Assembly (NCBI GenBank): GCA_973895155.1
Contig: OZ316896.1
Location: forward strand, 10,303,525-10,367,524
Length of the DNA stretch: 64,000 bases
Reading direction: 5' to 3'
From: Marsupella aquatica
Lineage: Eukaryota; Plantae; Marchantiophyta
Shown here: piece by piece, positions 62,066-64,000 of the stretch
Position numbering within the stretch: position 1 is the first letter of the stretch
How the letters are laid out: every line of letters starts with the position of its first letter
Notes under the pieces: generated by a model
The model's database searches: none
What the model saw: only the letters and a program-made list of their open reading frames with translations
Told to the model about the DNA's origin: nothing
Program-made: the position numbers and the translations under genes

Positions 62066-62596
62066 ATGCTGCAGTCCTTTGACATGAATCAAAAATCTCA
62101 TCGTCAAATGATGATGGAGCGCATTGCACGTGCAAAGGTTATGAACCGAAACATGATATGGAGTCAAGCTGAAGACCTGATACCCGGTCTTCCGGATGAT
62201 ATTGTCGAGAAATATATTTGGCCATTAGTCAAAGAGTTTTTCCACTATCTTGGGAATTTGTCAGATATTGCGATTAAAAATCGGGTCATGGACTTGATCG
62301 CCATTCAAACAGTCAGTAAGAAGTGGTGCCACATAGTTACTTATAGTAGTACATGGGCGACGGTCACCTTGGTAGCTTACGACTTCACTGATAGACCAGG
62401 ATATGAATCGCTTCGAAGGCATTTGACTTCACGGAGTGTAGCATTAAGATTTACAGAATCCATCAGAACTCTCCCGCCGCTGGACATTCTGGGTGGATTT
62501 GAAGGATCTGAACTTGACACGTTTAGGAACCTTTGGTTTTGGTTAGATGAAGATGAGCGAGAAGATTGGGTCAGGATAAATGTTCCTAAAATGTAA
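62066..62596 (+). CDS. F-box-like cargo protein 3 (176 aa)
   Basis: LIPGLPDDIVEKYIWPLV...QTVSKKWCHIV...LPPLDILGGF. Confidence 0.72.
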   Translation: MLQSFDMNQKSHRQMMMERIARAKVMNRNMIWSQAEDLIPGLPDDIVEKYIWPLVKEFFHYLGNLSDIAIKNRVMDLIAIQTVSKKWCHIVTYSSTWATVTLVAYDFTDRPGYESLRRHLTSRSVALRFTESIRTLPPLDILGGFEGSELDTFRNLWFWLDEDEREDWVRINVPKM

Positions 62597-62671
62597 TTCG
62601 GCAAGACGCGACCATGCGCGTGTTAGTATTTTATAATAAACATTTAACTTTCAATATTTGTCTGTTTCAGA

Positions 62672-63910
62672 ATGGATCCTACCGGAACCTCAAAGCGGAA
62701 AAAAGACTCGTCTAAAGCTGCTTCTCGAAAGAAAGCCAAGACAAAAATGACTCCCGCGGAGACATCCATACTTGCATATCGAGGAAAGTCAATCAGAGAG
62801 AGAACAACGGAGACAAAGAGTATCCATCTCTTTGAATCGACTGAGATATCCGATTTTGGAATAGTCGTTCGCAATGGGGCTGTCCGTCTTGTGGTGGCAA
62901 GAAATGATAAAGCTACAGTTTTGGAGAGATCAAAAATTCTTGGGTGTTTCTTTGAGAAGAACATGAAAGTTAAAGAGTGTACAGAGGGATTGGTTCTGCT
63001 AGTCAGCGACGACCAGCAGGAAGACAAAATAAGCATTTGTTTGGATCGAACGCAATATGTAACCTTTAATCAGCCCAGAATCGATGATCTTCTAGGTGCA
63101 AGGCATGCCTTGGAAAAGGTTACTAGTGTGGGATATCCTTTCGATCCAGAGGCATCAACGGGAGATTTGATTTGTCAATACATTATTGACGTACTTGAGT
63201 TCCAGAGAGTTCCTTTCAACCAGGGATTTCGCTTGGGAAAGGCCCCGCCAGTGAGCAAGGTTGAAGTATACTTGGCTGAGAATCTTCCGAAAGTAATTAC
63301 CTCAGCGAATGTCGGGGCTCTGTTCGATTCTTTCCTCAAAGAATATAGTGCTGTGAATATATTTAATAGCAAGTCATTTTTTGTTGAGACATCACGTTGT
63401 CATCTTGCACCGGACCACATCAAGTGCCGAGAGTGGAATCAGGATTACACAGATAGGCTAAAGAATTCACTCCTCTCTCATTCGGCTATAAAGTTCGAGA
63501 AGCAATGTTGCTTTTTAGTCCCTGTGAAGTGGGTTCAGTCGGAGGCCGACAGAGATCCCGACTACAATGGGACGCCCTACGATTCATCGCCAAAGGAGGA
63601 GGACATTATGACCAGTCATTTCTGGATACTCGGAGGCCAGCACACAATAATGGCGTACAAATTGCTGAGAGAGGACGACAAAGTCAGCCAAGTTGTACGA
63701 GACGCTTGCGGTATTGTAGAAGCTGTAATGTTTTGGGCAACGCTCAACAACGACAATAATGTTCATTTGATGGGATTATCGAAAGCTCTGAACCACTGTC
63801 ATCAAACATCAATGGAAGAAGGATAGTTTCTCACCATTGTACGACAGTGTCGTAATATCTGGAACTCATTTGGGCGGCCTGGATCACATTATCGTCATCC
63901 AAATTGGAAG
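62672..63910 (+). CDS. ParB/Srx-fold gene of element 2 (in-frame TAG at 63824; continues past the window)
   Basis: CREWNQDYTDRLKNSLL...HFWILGGQHTIMAY...VEAVMFW parallels element 1 RPVDRLHVENIK...YRIIGGNHAARA...LEAWVYA. Frame stays open after the TAG up to a GT donor at 63911. Confidence 0.65.
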
Positions 63911-64000
63911 GTATATAAATAACCCTCTTCGATCACATTATCGTATAAACTTTTGTCACGCGAACGGTCGCGTCAAGCTTAGAATTGTCATGTTTCCATT

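Larger units (their letters stand above)
49249..64000. mobile_element. Second large Sola-like transposon with ParB-like and F-box-like cargo (element 2); ends not seen
   Basis: Transposase, F-box-like and ParB-like genes homologous to those of element 1, plus its own dispersed palindrome. Left limit inferred only from where duplication B stops. Confidence 0.7.

Overview
Eukaryotic, repeat-rich land-plant nuclear DNA (Ty1/copia with tRNA-iMet PBS, PIF-like bHLH fragments, GT-AG introns; a non-seed plant is my guess). Three zones. (1) 833-22645: a decayed minus-strand Ty1/copia element (344-bp LTRs, CCTTT TSD) carrying nested insertions: two ~690-bp MITEs, a solo LTR of its own family and an 11.7-kb TIR DNA transposon (6945-18651, at TTAA). 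(2) 22.6-49.2 kb: direct and inverted segmental duplications with four bHLH copies. (3) 49.2 kb to the window end: a second, distantly related large transposon. Main candidate system: both large elements pair a Sola-like (DUF7869-type) DDD/E transposase with the same cargo, a ParB/Srx-fold gene and F-box-like genes. In element 1 the ParB-like domain is fused to a beta-class amino-DNA methyltransferase in an intact 3-exon gene of ~1050 aa. Each element also carries ~20 or more copies of its own palindrome (CGATAAATTTATCG in element 1, ACGCGACnnGTCGCGT in element 2), placed in introns and intergenic spacers, like a ParB/parS-type self-recognition and methylation module. All family assignments come from motifs read by eye, not from database searches.
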